Assembly (NCBI GenBank): GCA_963795975.1
Contig: CAWCJT010000009.1
Location: 161,409-225,408 of the forward strand
From: an uncultured Gammaproteobacteria bacterium
GTDB taxonomy: Bacteria > Pseudomonadota > Gammaproteobacteria > Steroidobacterales > Steroidobacteraceae
Length of the DNA: 64,000 bases
Reading direction: 5' to 3'
Below are positions 9,262-18,279 of the stretch, in pieces. The notes beneath the pieces are model-generated. The model ran no database searches. It saw nothing but the letters and a program-made list of their open reading frames with translations, and was not told the origin of the DNA. Both the position numbers and the translations under genes were made by a program. Each line of letters opens with the position of its first letter. Position 1 is the first letter of the stretch.

Positions 9262-10530
9262 ATGACAGCGGAGAGGCTCCAGATACGCGCGCCGGCGGAG
9301 CAGACCGAGGGTACCCGCTCGCAGGTTCTGCGCTGGCTCAAACAGATCGGCGACCGCGTCAGCGAGCACGAGCCTCTCGTCGAGCTCGAGACGGACAAGG
9401 TCACCGTCGAGGTTGCGGCGCCCGCAGCGGGCGTGCTGCGGACGATTCACCGCCAGGAGCAAGAGGAGATCGAGCCCGGTGACGTGTTGGGCGAACTCGA
9501 GCTGCAGGTCGCCGCGGCGGGCGGCATCAGCACCGGCACGCGAGCCGAGCCTTCGTCCTCCGAATCGACCGCAACGAGCGCAAATGCCGCTACGCGCACG
9601 CAGCATGAGGCACGCACGACGGCGACGCTCAGTCCCGCGGTACAGCGGCTGCTCGCCGAGCACGGCCTCGATGCTGCAGCGCTGTCCGGCAGCGGCCCCA
9701 ATGGGCGCATCACCGTCGATGATGTCCTGCGTGCGGCCGAGCGCACGATCGCCGGGCCTGCGCGGCCCGAGGAGGTCCCTGCTCGCCGTGTTGAGGCCGC
9801 AGCGGCGCTCGCCGAGGACATTCTGGCCAGCCGGCGGGTGCCGCATTCACCGATGCGGCGCCGCGTTGCAGCCCACATGGTGCAAAGTCTTCTGCAGGCC
9901 GCTCCTCACGTCACCTCGGTGTTCGATGCGGACATGAGCGCCGTGCTCGCACACCGTGCGCGGCACGCCGATGCCTTCAAGGACGCCGGCGCTCCCCTGA
10001 CGCTCACCGCATATTTCATCGCCGCCGCCGCGGTCGCGATTCGCGCCGTTCCGGAAGCGAACGCCCGCTGGCACGAGGATGCGCTCGAGATCTTCACGAG
10101 CATCCACATCGGTGTCGCAACAGCGCTGGCGGATGCCGGCCTCGTGGTCCCCGTCATTCGCAGCGTGGACTTGATGGATCTAAAGCAGATCGCGCGAGCA
10201 CTGCACGATCTCGTTACCCGGGCGCGCGCTGCGGCCCTGACCCCTGCCGACGTGCGCGGCGGCACCTTTACGCTATCCAATCACGGCGTGAGCGGCAGCC
10301 TGCTCGCCGCACCGATCGTCATTCCCCAGCCGCAGACAGCCGTGCTCGGCGTGGGCCGGCTCGAGAAGCGTCCGGTCATCGACAGCTCGAGCGGCGAGGA
10401 TCGCATCGTCGTGCGGCCGAAATGCTACGTGACACTGACCATCGATCACCGGGCCATGGACGGCTACCAGGCGAATGCCTTCCTGCGCGCCTTCGTCGGT
10501 CATCTCGAACGCTGGCAGACTGGGGTGTAA
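9262..10530 (+). CDS. dihydrolipoamide acyltransferase (E2) of a 2-oxoacid dehydrogenase complex
   Basis: It has a lipoyl domain with LVELETDKVTVEV, an E3-binding segment (SPAVQRLLAEHGLD...GRITVDDV) and a catalytic domain ending ...LTIDHRAMDG. The frame is intact. Confidence 0.9.
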   Translation: MTAERLQIRAPAEQTEGTRSQVLRWLKQIGDRVSEHEPLVELETDKVTVEVAAPAAGVLRTIHRQEQEEIEPGDVLGELELQVAAAGGISTGTRAEPSSSESTATSANAATRTQHEARTTATLSPAVQRLLAEHGLDAAALSGSGPNGRITVDDVLRAAERTIAGPARPEEVPARRVEAAAALAEDILASRRVPHSPMRRRVAAHMVQSLLQAAPHVTSVFDADMSAVLAHRARHADAFKDAGAPLTLTAYFIAAAAVAIRAVPEANARWHEDALEIFTSIHIGVATALADAGLVVPVIRSVDLMDLKQIARALHDLVTRARAAALTPADVRGGTFTLSNHGVSGSLLAAPIVIPQPQTAVLGVGRLEKRPVIDSSSGEDRIVVRPKCYVTLTIDHRAMDGYQANAFLRAFVGHLERWQTGV

Positions 10531-10546
10531 TCCTGCTGCGCCGCGC

Positions 10547-13500
10547 TCATTTGAGCGCGAGCTCGAAGCGCACCTTGCCGTCCACGGATTTGCCGGGTGC
10601 TTCGGTCAACATGAAGACGCGCTTTGCCTCGATGCTGCCATCGCCCAACAGCGCATCCTGAATGGCCCGCGCACGCTTGCGCGCGAGCGCTGCCAAGGCC
10701 TCATCGCTCATGCTGGCTTGAGAGGTCAGCGCGCTCTCGAGCTCGCTGATCGCCGCTGTCAACGCCTCTGGAGTCGCGTTCTTGATCTTCGTGCTGCTGA
10801 GAGCCTGTGATTGCGGCGGCAGCGCCGCGTCCGCGCCACGTTGGGCGTGATAGGCCGCGACCAGCAGATTGAAGTGCTCACGCGGGTCGGACAGAACGGA
10901 CGCATCGGCCGTCGTTGCACTGCCTTTCTTGCGAGCCGACTCCCCCGCGCGCAATGCCAGCAGCTGCGCCTTGAGCTGTTCATGGGCGAGCGCGCTGCCA
11001 TCCACATCCGGCGCGTAGACACTGGGTACATCGAGGTCGAGCTGCGGGCGCTCGTGCATCGACTTGACGACCCCGGTCAACCGAGTACGCGCCTCCGCGC
11101 TCAGCGTCGCGCTGCCCGGATCGAAGTCGATGAGGTTCATCTGCTCGCCGCCCCCGAAGAGCCTGCCGAGCATCGCGAACGGCGCAGTTGCGGCGCGCTC
11201 GAGCAAGTGCACGACCGCCTCCCAGATGATGGGTCCGACGCTGAAGTGCGGATCATCCAGACTGCCGGTGATCGGCAATGGAACGTCAATCACGCCGTTA
11301 CGATCCTTGAGCAGTGCGACGGCGAGTTTCAGGGGCAGCTTGACTGCATCCGGACTGTCCACCTTCTCACCCAGCTGCAGCTGATCGATGACGAAGCGCT
11401 GATCGGCCTGAAGCTTGCGCTGCTCGATGTGATAGGAGAGATCGACGGAGAGCTTGCCCTTCTCGATCTTGTAGCCCGCAAAACGTCCCGAGTAGGGCGT
11501 GACGGTGCTCAGGTCGACGCCGTCGAACTTCATCTTCAAATCGGTGTAGAGGCTCGCGGATAGAAGATTCACATCACCGCGAATCGTGACGGGCGCATAG
11601 CGATCGACCTTGCCGTCCAGGGACACGTGGGCGCGGGATCGGGGCTGAGACGACAGGCCCGAGATCGTGCCATTCAGACCCTGAATCGCCACGGCGAAGT
11701 TGGGCGTGATCCACAAGTCCGCGTAATGCGCCGCGCCGTCGACGACGCGAATCGTGGCGATGTTCATCGCCATCGCAGGCGTCGCGCCAGTGGCTGTGCT
11801 TGCATCGGGCGTCGATGGATGGGGCGCGCTCGCTGGCGCGGCCGACGCCGGCCGCGGCGCGGGCGGCTGAGGATTGGGACTGAAGGCCTCAGCGAGATTC
11901 AACGTCCGGTTCGACTCGACGATGACCCGTGCATAGGGGGCACGCGCCGTGATGACGCGGATCTTGAGGCTCGCGGGCCGTGAGTGATACTCGACTCCTT
12001 CGAGCGCCAGATCGTCCCACTTGATGAAGTCCTTTTGCAGCGCGTCGTCCACGATTCTCAGCTTCGGGACCTCGACTGCGCCTGCGACGCTCAGCAGATT
12101 GTCGGCCGTACGCTCGAGGCTCAGATGCGTCTCGAGCTGTCCACTTAGAAGCTTGAGGGCGGAGCGCTGCGCGAGGTAGGGCTGAACGGCGCTCAGATCG
12201 AGATGAGTGAGGTCGATCTGGCTCTGCAGCGCGCCCGTCTTCAGATCCATGCGGCCCTTGGCCGAGAGCTTGCCCGAACCGTTGATCGGAGTTGCGACCG
12301 TGATATCGAGCGGCGCATCGGCCGGGCTGCCAAATCCTGCAACATGGATGTCGAGGCCATCGAGCGTGACGGCGGCTACGGGCGTGAGCTGGCGGTTCTC
12401 CGCGATGACCTTGAGCGTGGAAACGCTGATGTCGGGAGCTCGCACCGTCCAGGGTGGGCCTTGGGCGCCGCCGGGCGGTGAGGGGGCCGGCGCCGGGGAT
12501 CGAGGTGCGAGATCCAGGAGGTTGAGGCTGCCATCACGGTTGAGCCAGGCACGGATCTCGCCGCCGTCGAGGCGCACCGGACCGACGGCAAGCGAGTGCT
12601 GCGCGAGATCGAAATGCGTGTCGCGCACCTCCAGATGCTGCAGCCGGACGTAGTCCGTGTCGCCGCCGGGTGGCTTGATCGCGAGGTCGCCGATACTCAC
12701 GTTGCCGACCGTAAGCCTCAAGGCAACTGGCGTGGTGGCAGCCGAGAAGTCGTAGTCGCCTGCGACCCCAATGACCCCCGAGGACAGCTCAAAGGGAATC
12801 GAACCGCTCAGATAGCTCCCGACGGTACGTGCCTGCAACGCCGTCACTTCGAAGCGACCACGCGAGGCGAGGGGCTCTATGGCGAGCCTCCCGCTCCAGT
12901 GAAAGCGCTCTCCGGCAGGCGTTGCCGCCGTGAGCTGGTATTCGTCATCCGCCTTGCCCACGGTGCTGAAGTCCTTCAGCTCAAAGGTCAGGGGAAGGAT
13001 CTCCGTTTTGAAAGGCACGTCGCGAGTCTCGTCCTCGAAGTTCACTTGCCCTTCGAGCACCGCGAGACGGTCGATGAACAAGCGCATCGGCTCGGACTTC
13101 TGGGCCGGGGTCGCAGGAGGTGTGTTACTGGCGAACGGCTTGGCGAGATCGGCCAGGTTGAGTGCGCCGTTCTTGCGGATGAGCACGCGACCGAACGGAC
13201 GCTCGAGGACGATCTCCTGAAAGCTCGGACCGCGGCGCCAGATGCTCGCGTACTGCAGGCTCACGAGCAGCCGCCGCAACCCGAGCAACGGCGTACCATC
13301 GGCGTCCGGAAATGAGATGTCGCGCATCTCGAGCGTCAAGGTAAAGGGATTGAAGTGGATCTCGCCGAGCGCGAGTTTCCTGGCATAGTGCTGCTCGACG
13401 AAGTTCTGCAGGCCACTGCGCAGAAAACGCGGCACGCTCCAGAAGCCGATGATCGCGTAGATGGCGAGAAGGAATGCCACCACCGCGGCGGCGATGAGAC

Positions 13501-13594
13501 TGCGACGCACGACGGGACGTTTAAGATAATCTCGCACGACCGCATTTTCCGCCGTAAATGCCCAGCGGGCAAATGAGCATGACTGAAGATCCAT
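10547..13594 (-). CDS. DUF748 domain-containing large envelope protein (AsmA-like superfamily)
   Basis: This is an uninterrupted ORF of 1015 codons. It has an N-terminal TM (LIAAAVVAFLLAIYAIIGFW) followed by the FNPFTLTLEMRDISFPDADGTPLL-type repeat architecture typical of DUF748 proteins. The start is uncertain: in-frame GTGs at 13537 and 13510 would remove the overlap with the divergent gene. Confidence 0.75.
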   Translation of the reverse strand: MDLQSCSFARWAFTAENAVVRDYLKRPVVRRSLIAAAVVAFLLAIYAIIGFWSVPRFLRSGLQNFVEQHYARKLALGEIHFNPFTLTLEMRDISFPDADGTPLLGLRRLLVSLQYASIWRRGPSFQEIVLERPFGRVLIRKNGALNLADLAKPFASNTPPATPAQKSEPMRLFIDRLAVLEGQVNFEDETRDVPFKTEILPLTFELKDFSTVGKADDEYQLTAATPAGERFHWSGRLAIEPLASRGRFEVTALQARTVGSYLSGSIPFELSSGVIGVAGDYDFSAATTPVALRLTVGNVSIGDLAIKPPGGDTDYVRLQHLEVRDTHFDLAQHSLAVGPVRLDGGEIRAWLNRDGSLNLLDLAPRSPAPAPSPPGGAQGPPWTVRAPDISVSTLKVIAENRQLTPVAAVTLDGLDIHVAGFGSPADAPLDITVATPINGSGKLSAKGRMDLKTGALQSQIDLTHLDLSAVQPYLAQRSALKLLSGQLETHLSLERTADNLLSVAGAVEVPKLRIVDDALQKDFIKWDDLALEGVEYHSRPASLKIRVITARAPYARVIVESNRTLNLAEAFSPNPQPPAPRPASAAPASAPHPSTPDASTATGATPAMAMNIATIRVVDGAAHYADLWITPNFAVAIQGLNGTISGLSSQPRSRAHVSLDGKVDRYAPVTIRGDVNLLSASLYTDLKMKFDGVDLSTVTPYSGRFAGYKIEKGKLSVDLSYHIEQRKLQADQRFVIDQLQLGEKVDSPDAVKLPLKLAVALLKDRNGVIDVPLPITGSLDDPHFSVGPIIWEAVVHLLERAATAPFAMLGRLFGGGEQMNLIDFDPGSATLSAEARTRLTGVVKSMHERPQLDLDVPSVYAPDVDGSALAHEQLKAQLLALRAGESARKKGSATTADASVLSDPREHFNLLVAAYHAQRGADAALPPQSQALSSTKIKNATPEALTAAISELESALTSQASMSDEALAALARKRARAIQDALLGDGSIEAKRVFMLTEAPGKSVDGKVRFELALK

Positions 13595-14007
13595 TCGATC
13601 TCGAACGCTTTGTCGAGGCGCAGGAGGGCGTCTATCTACGTGTTTGCGCCGAGCTGCGTGCCGGACACAAGCGCAGCCATTGGATTTGGTTCATTTTCCC
13701 CCAGGTGCGCGGCCTCGGATCGAGTCCCACAGCCCAGCGCTTCGGAATCTCTTGCGCCGATGAGGCACGGGCGTACCTGCGGCATTCGATTCTCGGAGCG
13801 CGATTGAGGGAATGCACACAGCTCGTCCTCGACATCAAGGGGCGATCGGCACACGAGATCTTCGGCTCGCCCGATGACCTCAAGTTTCGCTCTTGTATGA
13901 CGCTCTTCGCCCGCACCTCGGCAGAGGCGCTCTTCCCAGCGGCACTGCAGAAATTCTTTGCTGGTGAGGCTGACTCGTTGACGCTCGAACGGCTGGAGGC
14001 GACGTGA
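13558..14007 (+). CDS. DUF1810 family protein
   Basis: DPFDLERFVEAQEGVYLRVCAELRAGHKRSHWIWFIFPQVRGLGSSPTAQRFGI...KFRSCMTLF matches my recollection of the DUF1810 family over its full length. Possible starts are ATG 13558, 13573 or 13579. Confidence 0.75.
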   Translation: MPSGQMSMTEDPFDLERFVEAQEGVYLRVCAELRAGHKRSHWIWFIFPQVRGLGSSPTAQRFGISCADEARAYLRHSILGARLRECTQLVLDIKGRSAHEIFGSPDDLKFRSCMTLFARTSAEALFPAALQKFFAGEADSLTLERLEAT

Positions 14008-14033
14008 GCGAAGCGAAGCCGCGCGAGACACGG

Positions 14034-14705
14034 ATGCGCTCGGCGCTCGGCCGCAGCGTGTTTCTCGGATGCTTGCTCGCCATCGCGCAGGGACTGAGCT
14101 TCAATGCGTTCGCGCGGCATGCGCACGAGAATCGAGTCGGCATCGCCGGGCAGTTCGACTATTACCTCTTGTCGCTCTCCTGGTCGCCCTCCTATTGCCT
14201 GGTTCATCCAGAGGACGACTCACAATGTCATCGGCGCGGCTACGGCTTCGTGCTGCACGGCCTGTGGCCGCAGTACGAGGATGGAGGGTATCCGCAGGAC
14301 TGTGCGACCTCGGCTACGCTGACCGAGGAGGCCTTCGCACTCGGACGCACGATCTATCCGAGTCCGCGGCTGATACGGCATGAGTGGCAGCGACATGGCA
14401 CCTGCAGCGGACTCGATGCGATGCGCTACTTCCGCGCCGCCGATGCGGCTCTCGCGGTGGTGCGGATCCCGCAGCTGTTCGACGCGCCCGCGACCGATCA
14501 GCATCTGGAGGTCGAAGCGATCCGCAGACAGTTCCTCGCGGTGAATCCCGCCATGCCTGCCGAGGGATTGAGCATCGGCTGCAGCCGGGGTGAGCTCACC
14601 GAAGTGCGCGTCTGCTTGAGCCGAGAATTGAAAGTGCGCCGCTGCGAAGGCCGGGTCAGCAGCCGATGCGACCGGGCTCCGCTTGCGATTCCGGCCGTGC
14701 GCTAG
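14034..14705 (+). CDS. ribonuclease T2 family (RNase I-like), secreted
   Basis: A signal peptide (MRSALGRSVFLGCLLAIAQGLSFNAFA) is followed by the two RNase T2 catalytic motifs FVLHGLWPQ and EWQRHGTCSG. The ORF track extends upstream to GTG 14004. Confidence 0.85.
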   Translation: MRSALGRSVFLGCLLAIAQGLSFNAFARHAHENRVGIAGQFDYYLLSLSWSPSYCLVHPEDDSQCHRRGYGFVLHGLWPQYEDGGYPQDCATSATLTEEAFALGRTIYPSPRLIRHEWQRHGTCSGLDAMRYFRAADAALAVVRIPQLFDAPATDQHLEVEAIRRQFLAVNPAMPAEGLSIGCSRGELTEVRVCLSRELKVRRCEGRVSSRCDRAPLAIPAVR

Positions 14706-15301
14706 CGCGCGGTCACCGCCGCCGCGATCCGATCACTAAGCTGCCCGAGGGCCCGGCTGATCGTCGGTGCCATGCCCGCAGGGCACGGCGCGACGGCCGC
14801 GGCCTCGATGGACTCCGTTGCACGCTGGTCCGCTTGATTGGGTGACTGAAGGGTCCAATTCGCCCGCAGTGTGATCGCACAGGTGGGATCGGCAGACAGC
14901 GCAATCACGTCCAGGAACAAAAGCCGGCGCGGCTCGCCGCTCGAAGGCTCGCTCGCGTCGACGACGCTTGCAGGGCCCAGTCGACTTGCGAGGTCGGCCG
15001 AGACGGTGCGCCCAATGAGGTCATCCAACGGGGCTGCCCAGCTGTCCGAATCCCAGATGCGTACCTGACCGGCGGCGATGTGCTGGACGAGCCCCCGGCG
15101 CTCGAGCTCCGGGGGAATGCTGACGCGCTGCACACGCAGCGGCACCGCAGCACCGGTGCTCGCAGAGGGGCCCGGCGCACTCGCACCAGGCTGCGGCTCC
15201 AGGGTGTAGTAGCGCACCGGCGGACTTGAGCCGCAGCCGATGAGGCAGCTGGCTGCAATTGTGCCGAGTGCGAGCCGCATCCAGAGCTTCGAGGGATTCA
15301 T
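14702..15301 (-). CDS. pqiC: PqiC/YmbA-type lipoprotein (ABC-type transport auxiliary component, DUF330)
   Basis: It has a lipobox (AASCLIGCGSS) followed by PVRYYTL. Its ATG overlaps the pqiB stop (ATGA at 15298-15301). Confidence 0.75.
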   Translation of the reverse strand: MNPSKLWMRLALGTIAASCLIGCGSSPPVRYYTLEPQPGASAPGPSASTGAAVPLRVQRVSIPPELERRGLVQHIAAGQVRIWDSDSWAAPLDDLIGRTVSADLASRLGPASVVDASEPSSGEPRRLLFLDVIALSADPTCAITLRANWTLQSPNQADQRATESIEAAAVAPCPAGMAPTISRALGQLSDRIAAAVTAR

Positions 15302-16923
15302 TCGCGCTCACTCCCGCGTCCCCGGATCAAAGATTCCGGGTGCCGGTCCAGATAGTCTGCGAGCTCTCGAATGGAGCGCGCCGCGGCCCCGAGCTGTTCC
15401 ATGAGTCGCGGCAGATCCACGTTGGCTGCGGCGCCGCTGCCGAGCATCGTGCGGGCAGACTCCAGAGTGCGCTGAGCCGCATCGGCGGTCGCACGCAGGC
15501 TTGCGATGAGCGGCGGGACTTCGGGCTCGAGCTCCGCAGTGATATGTTGCAGATGCGTGAGTGACTCATCGAGCGCTTTGAGAGCGTGTCCCAGCTCGGG
15601 TCCCGCAGTGGCGCGGTCGATGTGCTGCACCGTGCGCTGCAGCCCTTTGAGAATCTCGTCCACATCGGCAGCCGGTGCGCTCGGTATCACAACCGACTGA
15701 CCGACACGGCGCACCGTCGCAGCAGGCGCACCGGGTACGACATCGAGCGCCACGATTTTCTGGCCGGTCAGGAAGCTCGCCGTCAACAACTGTGCGCGCA
15801 GCCCGTGTGCAACGAGCCGTTCGATCCGCTCACCGACAGCCGTGGCATACTCGGCCGGCGTCGCGCCCTTCATATCGACGATCTCGAGAACCGCCGGGTC
15901 GAGCGCCAGTGTCGTCAAGAGATAAAGCGACTGCGTTGGATCGTCGTACATCAAGTGAATCTCCGTCACCTGGCCGATGCCGATGCCCTGCAGCTCCACC
16001 GGAGTCCCATAGTCGAGACCGCGAACATCCCCTGGAAAGTCGACCCGATAGATGAGCTGCGGTCCGCGCGGCACCCGGCCGGCCGCACCGCGACTCTCAT
16101 AGAGCAGGAAAAGGGCTCCGGGGGGGCTCGCGGGACCCTTGAGCGAGGCATCGGGCGTGTCGAATCCGATTCCACCACTCAGCAGCTCTTCCCACGAATT
16201 GATGCGCAGCGCGACGCCTTCCGCGCCGGCCGAGATGTTGATGCCGCTCGCCGCCCAGAAATGCGTATCCGAATGGACCAGTCGCTCGTAGGGTGAACGA
16301 ACGAAGGCATAGACCTCAATCTGGGTTCCCGAAGGCTTGAGTGCATAGCCCTCGACTTCGCCCACGGATATGCCGCGATAGTTGATGGGAGATCCCGCGG
16401 TGAGCGCGCCGAGATCGCTCGCGAGCAGCGTGAAGGAGCGGCCGGGGATGTCCGGCTGCAGCACCGGCGGCGCATCGAGTCCCACGAAGTGTCGCTCCGG
16501 TGGTCCCGGCGCGGGCGCCATCTCGATGTAGGCACCCGAGACGAGGGTGGCGAGCCCCGATACGCCCGTCGCCCCGACCCGCGGCTCCACGATCCAGAAA
16601 CGGGTGCGATCGGTCAGGTGTGCAGCGACCGAGCGCATCATGCGCGCGTGCAGAATGACCTGCGACATGTCGCCGGTCAGCTCGAGCGACTCGACCGTTC
16701 CGACATCGATGCCCTTGTGGCGGATCTTGGTCTGACCCTCCTGCAGCCCGTCCGCCGTCTTGAACATAATGGTGATTGCGGGGCCGCGCTCGGCGAGAGT
16801 ACGCCAGCCGAGCCAGCCGACGACCGCCGCAGCGAACAGGGGGGCAATCCAGAACCAGGAGAACCACGCCTGGCGAACGCTGGCCTCTGCCTCCTCCGCG
16901 GCGTCCTCCGTGTCCTCCGTCAC
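15298..16923 (-). CDS. pqiB: PqiB-type multi-MCE-domain protein (intermembrane transport)
   Basis: The GTG start at 16923 overlaps the pqiA stop (GTGA). An N-terminal TM (WFWIAPLFAAAVVGWLGW) is followed by repeated MCE-like segments (ITIMFKTADGLQEGQTKIRHKGIDVGTVES...). This is the lower part of the 982-codon ORF 15298..18246. Confidence 0.8.
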   Translation of the reverse strand: MTEDTEDAAEEAEASVRQAWFSWFWIAPLFAAAVVGWLGWRTLAERGPAITIMFKTADGLQEGQTKIRHKGIDVGTVESLELTGDMSQVILHARMMRSVAAHLTDRTRFWIVEPRVGATGVSGLATLVSGAYIEMAPAPGPPERHFVGLDAPPVLQPDIPGRSFTLLASDLGALTAGSPINYRGISVGEVEGYALKPSGTQIEVYAFVRSPYERLVHSDTHFWAASGINISAGAEGVALRINSWEELLSGGIGFDTPDASLKGPASPPGALFLLYESRGAAGRVPRGPQLIYRVDFPGDVRGLDYGTPVELQGIGIGQVTEIHLMYDDPTQSLYLLTTLALDPAVLEIVDMKGATPAEYATAVGERIERLVAHGLRAQLLTASFLTGQKIVALDVVPGAPAATVRRVGQSVVIPSAPAADVDEILKGLQRTVQHIDRATAGPELGHALKALDESLTHLQHITAELEPEVPPLIASLRATADAAQRTLESARTMLGSGAAANVDLPRLMEQLGAAARSIRELADYLDRHPESLIRGRGSERE

Positions 16924-18171
16924 GCGCGCTCCTTCGCCGCATCCCACATGAGCCGCGCGTCGAAGGTCTTGACGGCGATCATGGTGACGATGACGACGGC
17001 CGCGAAGGCCATCGCGCCCGGCTGCGCTCGCACTCGCGTGAGCGCGCCGAACTGAACGAGTGCGACCAGGAGGGAAATCATGAAGAACGTCGATGTTAGA
17101 CCAGCGGCCGACGACATCGATGAGACGGTAAATCTGCGTGCGCGCGCGCAACAGGCCGCCGGACCGTGTACGCGTCGCGAGCAGCATCCAGGAGAGCCCG
17201 CAGAGCTTGGCAAGCGGAATGACGATGCTCGCCACGAACACGATGGCTGCGAGCGGCCAAAGGCCGCTGCGGATGAGCTCCAGAATACCTCCCATGATCG
17301 TATTGGTCTCAACCTGGCCATAGCGCTCGATCGTGAGTACCGGCAGGAGGTTCGCGGGGATATACAGGAGAAACCCGCACACGACGAGAGCCAGCGTGCG
17401 TTGCATGGCCTTCGGCTTGCGCCGCCGCAGGGCTGCGGCACAGCGGGGGCAGGACGCGTGCGCGCCGCTGACTTGAATCAGTAGATGGCAGGTCAGGCAC
17501 CCGCAAGCCGAGTCAGAGGAGGAACTCGAGGGCTGCGCTGCGCGAGCGGGCCCAGGCAGAGGCAGCCGCCGCCAGATTCCGCGCTCATCGAGCTCAGCGA
17601 CCGCCAGCAGTGTGAGCATCGTCGCCGCGACCAGGCACCAGCCGCAAATATCAACGTCGACGTTCGCGACCTGACGGATGCGGCTGTAGGCGACACAGCA
17701 ACCGAGCAGGTAGACCTCGAGCATCATCCAGGGACGCAGATGCAATGCCCATCTGAAGAGGCGCCCACGCGCAAGCAGTCCAGTTGCAGGAGCATCCGCG
17801 AGCACGATGAGCAGCAGCACGAGGTACAGCGAGGGCACGACGATGCTGAATGCGGCGACGATGAGCGCGAGCAGACGAAAGTCCGTGGTCCAGAGCGCAG
17901 CCACGCCGCTTGAGAGGCTGCTCGAGCGGATCGCGCCAGAGAAGGAGACCGAGAGCAGCGCCCCGATCGCTCCGGGAACCCAGGCGAACAGGGCTGCGAT
18001 GATCAAGGTGAGCGAGCGCGTGCGGCTTCCGGGCACCGTGCGCGCCAGGAGCTTCCCGCAGCGACGGCATTCCGCAACGCAGCCCGGAGCCACCGGCGAC
18101 AGTTGCTGACCCAGCCCGCAATCCGGGCAGGCGACCGACTCGGAGTTGGGGGAGGAGAAGGCTGGGTTCAT
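16920..18171 (-). pseudogene. pqiA: PqiA-type integral membrane protein, one frameshift as sequenced
   Basis: Two Cys-pair zinc-ribbon-like motifs (CPDCG...CRRCG and CLTCH...CPRCAA) each precede TM bundles. The frame is lost near 17085-17090 (...RWSNIDV / FMISLLVALVQFGALTRV... continues in ORF 16920..17441). ATG is at 18171. Confidence 0.75.
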
Positions 18172-18279
18172 AGCGCGAGCTAAAGCTGGTATAAAAACGC
18201 CGCGCTGCGGGCGGGTGTTCCGGAATCGGCACACCTCTTGCTCCAACGGCGAAGCAGTCGCTGCCTGCGTGTGGGTGCA

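Noticed and set aside
6967-9265. ORFs 6967..8961 (664 aa) and 7337..9265 (642 aa), considered as candidate large novel proteins.
   Set aside because: Both are chimeras. Short stretches match the E1 dehydrogenase and the rest is out-of-frame nonsense. The real gene weaves between all three frames.
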